In this document: positions 28,482 to 37,293 of the stretch, piece after piece
Layout of the letters: the number at the start of each line of letters is the position of its first letter
Numbering within the stretch: position 1 is the first letter of the stretch
IMG/VR virus record: IMGVR_UViG_3300030329_002480
Span: 1-54,502 of that record
DNA: 54,502 bases
From: a virus
Taxonomy: Duplodnaviria; Caudoviricetes
Strand: one strand, 5' to 3'
Translations under genes and position numbers: made by a program
Notes under the pieces: model-generated
Database searches by the model: none
What the model was told of the DNA's origin: nothing
The model's input: the letters and a program-made list of their open reading frames with translations, nothing else

Positions 28482-29375
28482 TTACCTCCTACGGTTTAGG
28501 GCGTTACGCGCAACTTGAGTTCGGTACTCTTTCAGAGACATCGGCTTGTCTTGGGCAAGCTCTGCTTGCTCCGAAGCTCTCGCCGGGGTTGTAGCCCCTG
28601 AGGTGAGTGCCGCTCCCGGACGGGGAGTAGCGGGCTTGCTCTTCGCGCCCTTAGCCAAGCGGATAGCATAAGCGTCCGGGACGCCATCCTTCTTCGCTTG
28701 CCGTGCAACATCTAGGACTGCTTTTGGAAGACGCGCAGCTTCCGCAGCATGTTCTAGAATCCAACCTTCTTCGAGCAGATCTGCAAAAGAAGTAGCCAAC
28801 TCATCGTTGTTAAAGAGCTCAGGGTTCTTTGCCGCAAACTCCTCCGCATACTCTTTTGATTCTGCATCAATAGCTTCTTGTACCACCTTCTGATATTCGG
28901 CGTACTCCTTTTCAAGAGCCTCGTACCGACCAGAGATGTCGAGATGTTTCTGTTCCCATTCAGTGAGATCACTCTGGAACTTGGCAATCCGGGGGTCTTC
29001 TTTACCACCGATGAGAGCTTCGTAAATCTCTCTCGTCTGGTCAATGTCCGAAGACATGCCCTCCATCCGTGCCTGATAATACTTGTCTAGGTGAACGCCC
29101 CAAGGACGTACCTCTTCGGGAAGAGTCTCAAGGTCTCCTGCCCATTCGTCCCAACCGAAATCATCCGAAGAAGGGTAAGAGACGGGAGCAGGCTCCTCCG
29201 AGTCAGTTTCTGCGGGGAGGGAAGTCTCCGCAGCCTCAGTGGTTTCTTCCGCTTCAACCGTTGAAGCCGCCTCTTCCGTATCGGTAGGAGCCGCTTCTAC
29301 CGGAGCCGATTCAACGGGAGCAGCCACTTCGACTGCCTCAGCCGGAGCCCCTCCCGCCTCAGTTTCTTCACTCAT
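28482..29375 (-). CDS. Capsid scaffolding protein
   Basis: Acidic disordered N-terminus, coiled coil and basic C-terminal helix, directly upstream of the MCP gene. Confidence 0.8.
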   Translation of the reverse strand: MSEETEAGGAPAEAVEVAAPVESAPVEAAPTDTEEAASTVEAEETTEAAETSLPAETDSEEPAPVSYPSSDDFGWDEWAGDLETLPEEVRPWGVHLDKYYQARMEGMSSDIDQTREIYEALIGGKEDPRIAKFQSDLTEWEQKHLDISGRYEALEKEYAEYQKVVQEAIDAESKEYAEEFAAKNPELFNNDELATSFADLLEEGWILEHAAEAARLPKAVLDVARQAKKDGVPDAYAIRLAKGAKSKPATPRPGAALTSGATTPARASEQAELAQDKPMSLKEYRTQVARNALNRRR

Positions 29376-29756
29376 TTATTCCTTCCCTTTTTTACCCTTC
29401 TTGGGCATGGCGTTCTTAGCCGCCTTGATAGTTGTGACTCGCAACTTCATACGCGGATTCATGGGTGCCCCGGCTGCTGCCATCGGCATCATGTCCTGCA
29501 AAATATCGGCCTCTTCGTCAGGCGCATCGTCCGGTCCCATATCGTCTGGGGACTCTTCGGGCTCTTCGGACACAACTTCCTCGTCCATCGGCCCTTCGTC
29601 AGTCATAGGCTCCGGCGCGTCCTCGTCGGGTAGCTCACCCTCTGGTTGCGTAGGCACAAGGTCGTAGCCCGTGGCTTTCAATACCTGCTCCAACTCCTCC
29701 GGGGTGTCCGGGGGGTTCTCTTTGAGAGTATCGATCAGTTTTTCCATCATAGGCAT
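29376..29756 (-). CDS. Acidic Pro/Glu-rich protein with basic C-terminal helix
   Basis: Adjacent to the scaffold gene, AGGAG RBS. Confidence 0.7.
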   Translation of the reverse strand: MPMMEKLIDTLKENPPDTPEELEQVLKATGYDLVPTQPEGELPDEDAPEPMTDEGPMDEEVVSEEPEESPDDMGPDDAPDEEADILQDMMPMAAAGAPMNPRMKLRVTTIKAAKNAMPKKGKKGKE

Positions 29757-29780
29757 AGGAAGCTCCTTTGAGTGTGATTA

Positions 29781-30194
29781 CTAGACATAAATGTTTTTGT
29801 CAAGACGACCAGACCTTTTTGCCTTGTCTTTTTTACGAACAGCACGCTTATGCTCTAAATCGTTGTAACCTTGTTTCCTCGCAGTCGCCTCCGCTTTAGC
29901 ATACGCCTTGTCCCGGTGGTCTCTCCAAGCATTTGATTCCGCAGACACAATCGCACAGTCTGGATTTTCTCGTTGGTACTTCTTCCACTCACGGTCAGAC
30001 TCAAAAGACTTACCCACTTGCTTAACGACAAGAGGCTTTGAGGGCATAGGTCCGATCGTCGCAACGGGACCAATCACCGTCTCCATAACGGCGCTACAAT
30101 CAGGACAAGTCGTAGATCCATGTTCTGACAAGGGGACGTAAATGTCATTGTAATAACCGCACCCGTCAGGACATTTGAAGTCGTACACCGGCAT
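29781..30194 (-). CDS. FmdB-like Zn-ribbon protein
   Basis: MPVYDFKCPDGC...CPDC. Confidence 0.8.
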   Translation of the reverse strand: MPVYDFKCPDGCGYYNDIYVPLSEHGSTTCPDCSAVMETVIGPVATIGPMPSKPLVVKQVGKSFESDREWKKYQRENPDCAIVSAESNAWRDHRDKAYAKAEATARKQGYNDLEHKRAVRKKDKAKRSGRLDKNIYV

Positions 30195-30331
30195 TAGTAG
30201 CCTCCTTTTTTGTCCTTCTTCTTTGTCATATTGAAAGCTATCGCCACCGCTTGCTTAGGCTTCTTGCCCTCTTTGCGGAGCTTACTAATCTTCTGGGAGA
30301 GAGCCTCTTTCTTATTCTTTGGGCCTTTCAT
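30194..30331 (-). CDS. Small basic protein, 45 aa (absent from ORF track)
   Basis: MKGPKNKKEALSQKISKLRKEGKKPKQAVAIAFNMTKKKDKKGGY. GGAGG RBS and TAATG coupling to the next gene. Confidence 0.75.
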   Translation of the reverse strand: MKGPKNKKEALSQKISKLRKEGKKPKQAVAIAFNMTKKKDKKGGY

Positions 30332-30422
30332 CTTTCCTCCTCTTTTTAAGTAAGGGAACGACAAACCTCAGGATTGCACCGGCAATCCCAAGAACTTCTT
30401 TGACTGGAACGCGAATACTCAT
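30312..30422 (-). CDS. Cationic amphipathic peptide, 36 aa (absent from ORF track)
   Basis: MSIRVPVKEVLGIAGAILRFVVPLLKKRRKDERPKE. The ATG is 1 nt after the portal stop and the ORF fills the gap. Confidence 0.5.
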   Translation of the reverse strand: MSIRVPVKEVLGIAGAILRFVVPLLKKRRKDERPKE

Positions 30423-30423
30423 G

Positions 30424-32211
30424 TTAGATCACCGGGTTACCGGGACCGCCAACGGGTGTGGGGACCGGAGGAGGCTCAGCCCCGGTGGGTAGTGCGCCGC
30501 TACCAAGAACATCCTCCCCTGCGGGTGGTGCGCCGGGAGGCATGCCCGGCATACCCGGAGGTCCGGGAGGCATGCCCGGAGGTCCAGCGGGAGGACCGGC
30601 AGGCTGCGGAGGAGCCATAACGTCACGGAGCTGAAGCAAGTCTAATAGCTTGATAATCAGCTTTTGCTGGTCTACGACCGGTGACTGGAGAAGCAGGGGC
30701 ATGTACTGTTGTAGCTTCTGAAGCTGAACCAGTCGATGGTTCTCCGTCGGGGAGTACGGGATCGCCTCGTAGTCGTAGTCCAAGGGCTGTTGTCCCGGAT
30801 CTCGGAGGTCTCGAAGCTTGAGTGTTTCCCGATTAACCTTCAGTACTTCCTGACTGTCGGTCAGGCGCACAGGCAAGTTCGTGTCCTCAGGTAGGTACTC
30901 TTCGTAGAGCCCGACGACTCGTTGGGAGATCCCCCGAATCATGTCTTCCACCATCTTGATACGCCGACCGTTACGGGTACGAGTTGCTGTATCTGCAAGA
31001 GCAACCTCGGTAGCCACGTCGGCAACACCCACAACGCCTCGCGAGTATTGTGGGATACCTAGGATAAACTCGATGACTTGGTTGCACCGCTCACGCATGT
31101 TTGCGAACGACGGGGAAATAGCCGGAATCGGCGTAGAACCAATGATATCACCAAGAGGAGCATTTGCCTTACCCTGCACCGCGATCATCGAACCGGGCTG
31201 GTTCGCATCTTGGAGAGCCGACATAATGTCTTCTGGGTTGTCTGTCAGTGCTGTATTCACCATCATGACAGGGGTAGATGTGTGAGCGTGCCACAACTCC
31301 AGCGTATCAATCTCATTGAGGCGCTCTTGCAATGACTGAATGAGCTTCACGTCCGAGAGCCCGCCGAGATCTTTCATGTTCTCGTTGAAGGCAAGATGAA
31401 CAAAGGGGTTCCTGATGTACCGGTACGGCAGCTCGCCCTCAAACAACGGCTCTTCTACATTATCCAAGAAATGGAAGTAACGTCCATCACCCTCGAAGTC
31501 GTACACCTCGTAGACCGTGACCCACTTGTACACCTGAGTAGATGCCTCATTCATCATGTTAGAGTTCTGAGACGTATCCTTAAGCCACGTAGGGTAGCCC
31601 GCGAAGATAGCTTTCTCCGCTACTTTCTTGTTGTAGGATGACTTGTTACCGCGCTTGGTCTTAGTCCTCTGCTTAAACTCGGCTTCGGTAAGGACGGTAA
31701 CCTCAACAAGGTACCGGATATCGTCCCACCGTGCGGCAGACATATCGAAGAATACCTGCCTAGGGTCTACCTCAAACATCTCGGCGGTGTTCCTGCGGAA
31801 GTTCCACACCACCTTCATGAAACCACGGCCACAGATTGAGGCGTTGGTCGCGCTCTTCCACAACAGAGAATGTAGGTTATTGCGGCGGAACACGTCCCCA
31901 AGCAACGCCTCTCGGAACTGTGCAGCACCTTTGAGCTCATCACGGCGCGCCATCACCGTAACCTTAGGATTCTGAGGACAGACGTTCGCAATCATCGTAT
32001 CGACGTATGCATAAGGGTAGTTTGTCTCGAAGTTGATTTCCTCCGAGAGATCTCCCCCAATCGGTGTCGAGCCCGATGGTTGTTCTTTGTCCGCGCCCCA
32101 GTAGTCGGAGGAGTACCACGACCGCCAACGGTCCCAGTCACTCCTTTCGACACGAGCCTTAGATTTATGTGTTTGAATGATCCCTTGGATCTGCTTTCCT
32201 GAAAGCGGCAT
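30424..32211 (-). CDS. Portal protein
   Basis: 595 aa, VDPRQVFFD, VTVYEVYD, GLSDV, ATEV motifs and a Pro/Gly-rich tail. Between terminase and scaffold genes. Confidence 0.85.
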   Translation of the reverse strand: MPLSGKQIQGIIQTHKSKARVERSDWDRWRSWYSSDYWGADKEQPSGSTPIGGDLSEEINFETNYPYAYVDTMIANVCPQNPKVTVMARRDELKGAAQFREALLGDVFRRNNLHSLLWKSATNASICGRGFMKVVWNFRRNTAEMFEVDPRQVFFDMSAARWDDIRYLVEVTVLTEAEFKQRTKTKRGNKSSYNKKVAEKAIFAGYPTWLKDTSQNSNMMNEASTQVYKWVTVYEVYDFEGDGRYFHFLDNVEEPLFEGELPYRYIRNPFVHLAFNENMKDLGGLSDVKLIQSLQERLNEIDTLELWHAHTSTPVMMVNTALTDNPEDIMSALQDANQPGSMIAVQGKANAPLGDIIGSTPIPAISPSFANMRERCNQVIEFILGIPQYSRGVVGVADVATEVALADTATRTRNGRRIKMVEDMIRGISQRVVGLYEEYLPEDTNLPVRLTDSQEVLKVNRETLKLRDLRDPGQQPLDYDYEAIPYSPTENHRLVQLQKLQQYMPLLLQSPVVDQQKLIIKLLDLLQLRDVMAPPQPAGPPAGPPGMPPGPPGMPGMPPGAPPAGEDVLGSGALPTGAEPPPVPTPVGGPGNPVI

Positions 32212-32230
32212 GTTTCCCTCTCTCTATGGT

Positions 32231-33796
32231 TTACTCTATCGGGGACGCAGGCGGAACACCCAAACGCTGGTTCAAAACCGTCTTAAAGTTGTCACCCGTT
32301 AATATGTCTTTGGTACGAAAACCGGGCTTCTCTGTCATGTACGGACCCAACTCTTCCCGCATTTGCCTAAACTCCTCCACGCGCCCTTCAAGCTGGGGGA
32401 GTTCATCCAAAACTGCTTGGGCCCTTTCGGGAGGGATGGTTTGTAAATAAAGATCTCGTGCCCGGTCGGATGGTTGACTGAGGTAGTTTATTGTCTCACG
32501 GTTTTGGGCGAAGTCGCTCTCCGTTTCGCGTGTATCATGGAACGCGTCGGAATCCCGCATAAGTCGTGCGGCTTCCCTAAAGTAATCCGCAGGGCCGACG
32601 CCCGGAGGAATGTCAACATCGGGCCTAAATGATGCGCTCCGGCCTCCAAGAATAATACCACCAAGCCGTTCCCTCTGTCTTGCGGACAAGCCGGGGACTG
32701 CCTGTGCGATTAGTCCTTGCGGGTCCATGCCCGCCCTCCTTAGTCGGGGGGATAGATGTATGATCTGTAGCTCAAGATCGGCGTTGGACGCTCCGGCTGG
32801 TGTCTCGGCAGACGCCTCTTCACCACGGGGTACGGGGGCCTCGGAGAACTGTTCCTCACTTTCGGGCCAGCCCTGAGGGCCTGCTTCTTGCATGTATTGA
32901 GCATACTCTTCACTTCCTGTGTCGGGACGGTCGGGACCGCCTGCCCCTTGGAACAGTTCCTGTCCCCTCTCTCGCTGAATCGCAGCGTAGTACTCGTCGC
33001 CCTCTGTGGAGGTAGCAATCTTCTTGCCTCTCCGGTAAATGTCCACAGAGGTCGGGGAGGTTTGGACGTAGTTGTACTCCCCACTACCAAACTCCGTGGG
33101 GAGTTCACCGGAAGCCGCCTCTGGGGCTACTGGGGCCTCTGCGGGTGCGTCGGCTCCAGCCGCATCCTCAGCACCTCGCAGCGCCATCGCAGCCTTGGCA
33201 GCGTCAAAGACATTGGGCATGCCTCTACCACGCATAGCCCGGCGGATGCCACGCTTCGCGGTTTGCATCTCGGTCACGTCCTTTTTCGCTTCGACAGCTT
33301 TTTCTGCTAAGTCCTTAATCACAGGCATGTTCTCCTGTGTTGCCGTCCGCATAAGCTGACGCACGGGACGCTTGGCAGCACGAGCTCTTTGGCGAAGCTG
33401 CTGTAGAGTCATCTTCTCGACAGGACCACTGGGGCCAAACATTGCTGACGTCCGGGCAACAGCATCTTCTGCGGACTCTTCTGCGGCTTCTTCTGGAGCA
33501 ACATCCGCAGGTGCAGGAGGGGCTTCGGGTTCTCCCGCAGAAACTGCCTCCCCGGCAATCGCCTCTTCAACTCCGGCCTCCCGCGTTTCGGGTGGGGAAG
33601 ACAAGATGTCTTCCATTCCTTTGGTGCGCTCAGCCGCCATCTCCTCAGCGATCTTGTCTTGACGCAACTTCTCGGCTACCTGCGCCTCGTCTCGCGCCAA
33701 CTGCTGACGCTCTTTGATGCGGCGGGCCTCTCGCTCCTTCTGCTCAAAGTCGCTGGTTTTCTTGGTCACAAGCTTACTAGATAGTTCTTCCGCCAT
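32231..33796 (-). CDS. Hypothetical, probably internal virion protein, 521 aa
   Basis: Helical segments with Ala/Pro/Glu linkers, between TerL and portal. Confidence 0.65.
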   Translation of the reverse strand: MAEELSSKLVTKKTSDFEQKEREARRIKERQQLARDEAQVAEKLRQDKIAEEMAAERTKGMEDILSSPPETREAGVEEAIAGEAVSAGEPEAPPAPADVAPEEAAEESAEDAVARTSAMFGPSGPVEKMTLQQLRQRARAAKRPVRQLMRTATQENMPVIKDLAEKAVEAKKDVTEMQTAKRGIRRAMRGRGMPNVFDAAKAAMALRGAEDAAGADAPAEAPVAPEAASGELPTEFGSGEYNYVQTSPTSVDIYRRGKKIATSTEGDEYYAAIQRERGQELFQGAGGPDRPDTGSEEYAQYMQEAGPQGWPESEEQFSEAPVPRGEEASAETPAGASNADLELQIIHLSPRLRRAGMDPQGLIAQAVPGLSARQRERLGGIILGGRSASFRPDVDIPPGVGPADYFREAARLMRDSDAFHDTRETESDFAQNRETINYLSQPSDRARDLYLQTIPPERAQAVLDELPQLEGRVEEFRQMREELGPYMTEKPGFRTKDILTGDNFKTVLNQRLGVPPASPIE

Positions 33797-33799
33797 AAC

Positions 33800-33958
33800 T
33801 TACTCCTGCTCCTCAACGCGAGGGGTAATCTCGTCGTCCGCCCGTTGAAAAGTCTCCCCTAACGGAGTACCAAACTCTTCCTGCTGCTTCTGACGCTTCT
33901 TGATCTCAGCAAGGCGCTTTTGTGCGCGAATCATAGGATTAAACTTTGGTGCTTCCAT
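33800..33958 (-). CDS. Hypothetical protein, 52 aa (absent from ORF track)
   Basis: MEAPKFNPMIRAQKRLAEIKKRQ... TAATG overlap with the TerL stop and GGAGG RBS. Confidence 0.65.
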   Translation of the reverse strand: MEAPKFNPMIRAQKRLAEIKKRQKQQEEFGTPLGETFQRADDEITPRVEEQE

Positions 33959-35658
33959 TATCGCCTCCTATACTTGCTTCGTCGCCAGCGGCGTTGGTTG
34001 AGAGTTTTGGTCGTGTTTTTGCGGTGTGCCTCGACTTGATTGTACGTCATGTCTCGGAACAAAAGCACATTTCCCAGACCCTCTGGGGCAGTGTTTTTCT
34101 TATAACGCCTTGGTGCCCGTCTTGCAGCAAGACATGCCAGTTGTAACGCCGAAATCTTATCCCAGTGATGACGATCTCTTCGACGACCGGGTTTTCCCGA
34201 ATGAAGCATCTCCGCTGTAGCCGACCGCTCAACTTGCTTATCCTCACGGTACGAGCCCAGTTGGCCCACAGTATCTTCGTCGTACAGAATCAGCTCGTCT
34301 TTCAATGCATCTTGTAGGTAAGACAGCATCATAGAAACAGATTTAGCAGTCGCTGCCACACCGGGTCTGTATGCCTTCTCGTAATAGAGATTCGGATAGC
34401 CCGCGTCCTCAAGCAAAGCCAAAGTAGCAACACCCACACCGTTACTTTCCACGGCCACAAGGGCGTTATTATACCTTCTTCCCACATCTGAGATTTTCTT
34501 TGCGAAAAGAACAGGGTCTGTGATTCCTCCAAAGGTAGCAACTTGGGTCCATTCTCCATCATACACCTTCAAGACTTGAAAAGAAGCGTGGTCTCGCGCA
34601 GCATAACCAGCGGGGTCAACCCCCATGACGTATACGGCTCCGGCTTCGGGTTTCTCATACTCCATATAGGGGGCATTCCACGGAACTAGCATCTTCTCTT
34701 GATGTCGCTTTAGTAGCGAAGAGTGGAACACAGACCCAATGTTGGAGATCCAACAACTGATGTCGTCATACGGGTAGTAGACCTTAAATAGGTCTGGATT
34801 GCGCCGGATTTCGGCGTCAGTCTCTAGCATTAAACGACGAAATGCAAGATTTTCTTTTTTTAATCCGAGATGTCCGTATCTTTCTAAAAGACGAATCTCT
34901 TCATTCTCCAATGCCAAGTTATCCGGCCATTTACGCTGGTTTAGCTGCCCATCCCAAAAAGGAAAGAATGCATACACCCACCTACCGAGCCCCAGTTTTG
35001 CGTCCCTACACTGGTCTCTCCACCACTCGGTAGATGGCTCGATGATCGGAGCCGGGGTAGATTCTAATAAAACAAGAGAGTGATCCCTGTTAATCATGGA
35101 GGGATAAATCATTGAAAACTGATGACCAGCATTCCGCCAGTACGGCAACTCAGACCCGTGAAACGAGTCAGGAGACTGTCCGATACCCACCGCTCCAGAT
35201 TCACCTGACAGAACACGCATTTTCCCACCATGCTGAAACGTCAACTGACGCACCTCACGGTTGGGAACCGTCTTTGCTCTTACGGGTTCTGGCCACTTGC
35301 TATGCGTTAAGTGGATACGACGATGCAAATACTCGGCCCGGTCGCGATTATCTGCGATACAGACGTGATCGTGTCCGGGGGTGTACGCAGAGCGAACATA
35401 CCCACACAACTCAGACGTAAGGCTCTTACCCCCCTGACGGTAGCCCAAGAGAGTCAGCCATTTTGTTTGGCCAAGGTCTGTCTGCGGAGGATTTGAGTAA
35501 TAAGACACAACCGTCTCTTGCAGGCGCTTGGTGATCGCAAACGGATCGTAAGCATGCTCCTGACCCGTCTTCTGATCGATAATCTTCGCGTAGGCACGGA
35601 GACTGATCGCCGGGTCACGGAGAGCCTCTAAGGCTTCGTCCTCAAGAGGTAAGCTCAT
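33958..35658 (-). CDS. terL: Terminase large subunit
   Basis: YRQGGKS Walker A, FHGSE Walker B, ESTP, nuclease motifs MGVDPAG, VESNGVG, HWDKISA. ATG at 35658 overlaps the upstream stop. Confidence 0.92.
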   Translation of the reverse strand: MSLPLEDEALEALRDPAISLRAYAKIIDQKTGQEHAYDPFAITKRLQETVVSYYSNPPQTDLGQTKWLTLLGYRQGGKSLTSELCGYVRSAYTPGHDHVCIADNRDRAEYLHRRIHLTHSKWPEPVRAKTVPNREVRQLTFQHGGKMRVLSGESGAVGIGQSPDSFHGSELPYWRNAGHQFSMIYPSMINRDHSLVLLESTPAPIIEPSTEWWRDQCRDAKLGLGRWVYAFFPFWDGQLNQRKWPDNLALENEEIRLLERYGHLGLKKENLAFRRLMLETDAEIRRNPDLFKVYYPYDDISCWISNIGSVFHSSLLKRHQEKMLVPWNAPYMEYEKPEAGAVYVMGVDPAGYAARDHASFQVLKVYDGEWTQVATFGGITDPVLFAKKISDVGRRYNNALVAVESNGVGVATLALLEDAGYPNLYYEKAYRPGVAATAKSVSMMLSYLQDALKDELILYDEDTVGQLGSYREDKQVERSATAEMLHSGKPGRRRDRHHWDKISALQLACLAARRAPRRYKKNTAPEGLGNVLLFRDMTYNQVEAHRKNTTKTLNQRRWRRSKYRRR

Positions 35659-36563
35659 TATCTCAAGTACTCCGAAACCCACGTAACTGGAGCAGACAAA
35701 ACTGGTTGCAGTTCGACGCCCGGAGAGAACATAGTGACGTAATCACCGGATTGAACCTTAGGTTTAGATTGTCCGGGGCGGATTACGGGGTGCCAGTTAC
35801 TCGGAGGGATGTACCTTCCGGTTAGCTTTTCTAGTTGTTTTGCGGCATGCTCATCCCCTTCAACAAGAATGCGCCACATGAGGCCACCGGGGACAACCCC
35901 CGTGGCACCGGGAACACTGCCACTTTTTGGATAAGCGTATGCTTTGGGAGCAATATCAATCAGCCTGTCCCCTTTGTCGATCACATGAACAGTTTGTCCG
36001 GGGTCTAGCCCTCGTGACATCGGGTGCGACCACTTCATCTTCTGTCCGAGTTGTGGGGTCCAGTTCGCGGCCCATTCAGGTGCCTTCTGTGTCGCTTCGG
36101 AAGTAGCCGTCTTCGCCACCGCTTTAGTGGCACCCTCTGCCGCTTCGTCTCCGAAACCAAGAGCGCGCTTAGCTGCTTGCCACGATCTGCCGAGCCTCCC
36201 AAACATAGCTCCCCCCGTTGCCTCTTGTGCAATAGTGGAGATTGGATCTGGAGCTAACTGCTTACCTGCGGTAGCTTCAATGTTACCCAACTGAGGCGCG
36301 CCAAACGTGGAGCGGTACGCCCTCTGCGCGGCTTGCTGCGCCCTGTTGGGGGTCGCGTAAATCTCACCATATTGTTCCGCCACGGATGGTTCCGCTACAG
36401 ATGATTCCGGTGCAGCAGCTTCCGCCATCGCCGCTTGCTGCTTCGCCTGCGAAGATAGCAGCGCATCATACGCCTCTCGGGAAGTGTCTTGTACACCAAA
36501 GGTATTGTCTACCCCCTGTCGTTGAGTAGCCTTCCAGCGTTCGTAGTCGTCCTCGTCAGCCAT
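35658..36563 (-). CDS. Hypothetical effector-like protein, about 301 aa
   Basis: Helical N-terminus, Gly/Ala linker and globular C-terminal domain. Confidence 0.65.
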   Translation of the reverse strand: MADEDDYERWKATQRQGVDNTFGVQDTSREAYDALLSSQAKQQAAMAEAAAPESSVAEPSVAEQYGEIYATPNRAQQAAQRAYRSTFGAPQLGNIEATAGKQLAPDPISTIAQEATGGAMFGRLGRSWQAAKRALGFGDEAAEGATKAVAKTATSEATQKAPEWAANWTPQLGQKMKWSHPMSRGLDPGQTVHVIDKGDRLIDIAPKAYAYPKSGSVPGATGVVPGGLMWRILVEGDEHAAKQLEKLTGRYIPPSNWHPVIRPGQSKPKVQSGDYVTMFSPGVELQPVLSAPVTWVSEYLR

Positions 36564-36868
36564 CACTTACCCCGCATGCTCTTGGAGCCCTTGCACTTCC
36601 ACCGTTTTCGCGAAAGGTTGTTGGGCGTGTTGGGATCGTTCCGCTTCGATGCGGGCAGTCTCTTCTTGATGCCCGCAGAGCGAGCGCAGTACGAGTCGCC
36701 TTTGGATGTACCGGGCCTGACGCGGGGGCCTCCATCTTTGGCCTTACCCGCTTGGCCGTAAGACACCTTCTTACCTGATGCTGTGCGTTTAACCTTAGCC
36801 TTGCCCTTACGTGGCTTAAGTGCCTTACGTGCCGCAGCCGTTCTCTTCTTCTTGTAGTAGTCAGCCAT
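36563..36868 (-). CDS. Small basic protein (SYCARS...RKRWKC family)
   Basis: K/R-rich, with a motif I recall from aquatic phages. Confidence 0.75.
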   Translation of the reverse strand: MADYYKKKRTAAARKALKPRKGKAKVKRTASGKKVSYGQAGKAKDGGPRVRPGTSKGDSYCARSAGIKKRLPASKRNDPNTPNNLSRKRWKCKGSKSMRGK

Positions 36869-36870
36869 GC

Positions 36871-37110
36871 CTACCTCTTCTTGCCCTTATGTAGTCCGTG
36901 ACGGGCATGTTGGCGACCTTCCTTCGTCGCCTTCTGCTTGGCTTTCTTTGCCGCAGCGTAGGTGCGGTCTTTCATAGACTTGTATGCAGATGAAGGAAGA
37001 TAGGGCTCCCCCGTAGCTTCAGGGCCCTGTGTGCTAGGCTTGCCCGACTTGGTGCGCCACTTCTGTTTGCTCCAACGGTCGAGAGACTTCTGTGTTTCCT
37101 TCTTCGCCAT
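36871..37110 (-). CDS. Small basic protein (QKSL.RW.KQKWRTKSGKPS family)
   Basis: K/R-rich, coupled to its neighbours. Confidence 0.75.
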   Translation of the reverse strand: MAKKETQKSLDRWSKQKWRTKSGKPSTQGPEATGEPYLPSSAYKSMKDRTYAAAKKAKQKATKEGRQHARHGLHKGKKR

Positions 37111-37292
37111 CAGTCTGTATACCCCCCACCCTTCTCTTTGTATCGCTTAGCCAGCATTTGGGCCTTACGGGCAGACCATTGTCCCGGCTTCCCACCTTTT
37201 CCACCAGCCTTGATAGCCGCGTACAGTCGCTTCCGCATCATAGGCTTCGTGTAGTTGCCCGCCTCATTGACTTTGCTTTTCTTCTCGGCCAT
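37110..37292 (-). CDS. Small basic protein (GGKPGQWSARKAQ family)
   Basis: NYTKP...GGKGGKPGQWSARKAQMLAKRYKEKGGGY. Confidence 0.8.
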   Translation of the reverse strand: MAEKKSKVNEAGNYTKPMMRKRLYAAIKAGGKGGKPGQWSARKAQMLAKRYKEKGGGYTD

Positions 37293-37293
37293 C

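Noticed and set aside
30470-30610. GC-rich tandem repeats (GGCATGCCCGG-like)
   Set aside because: They encode the Pro/Gly/Met-rich portal tail (PPGMPPGPPGMPGMPP), so they are ordinary coding low complexity.
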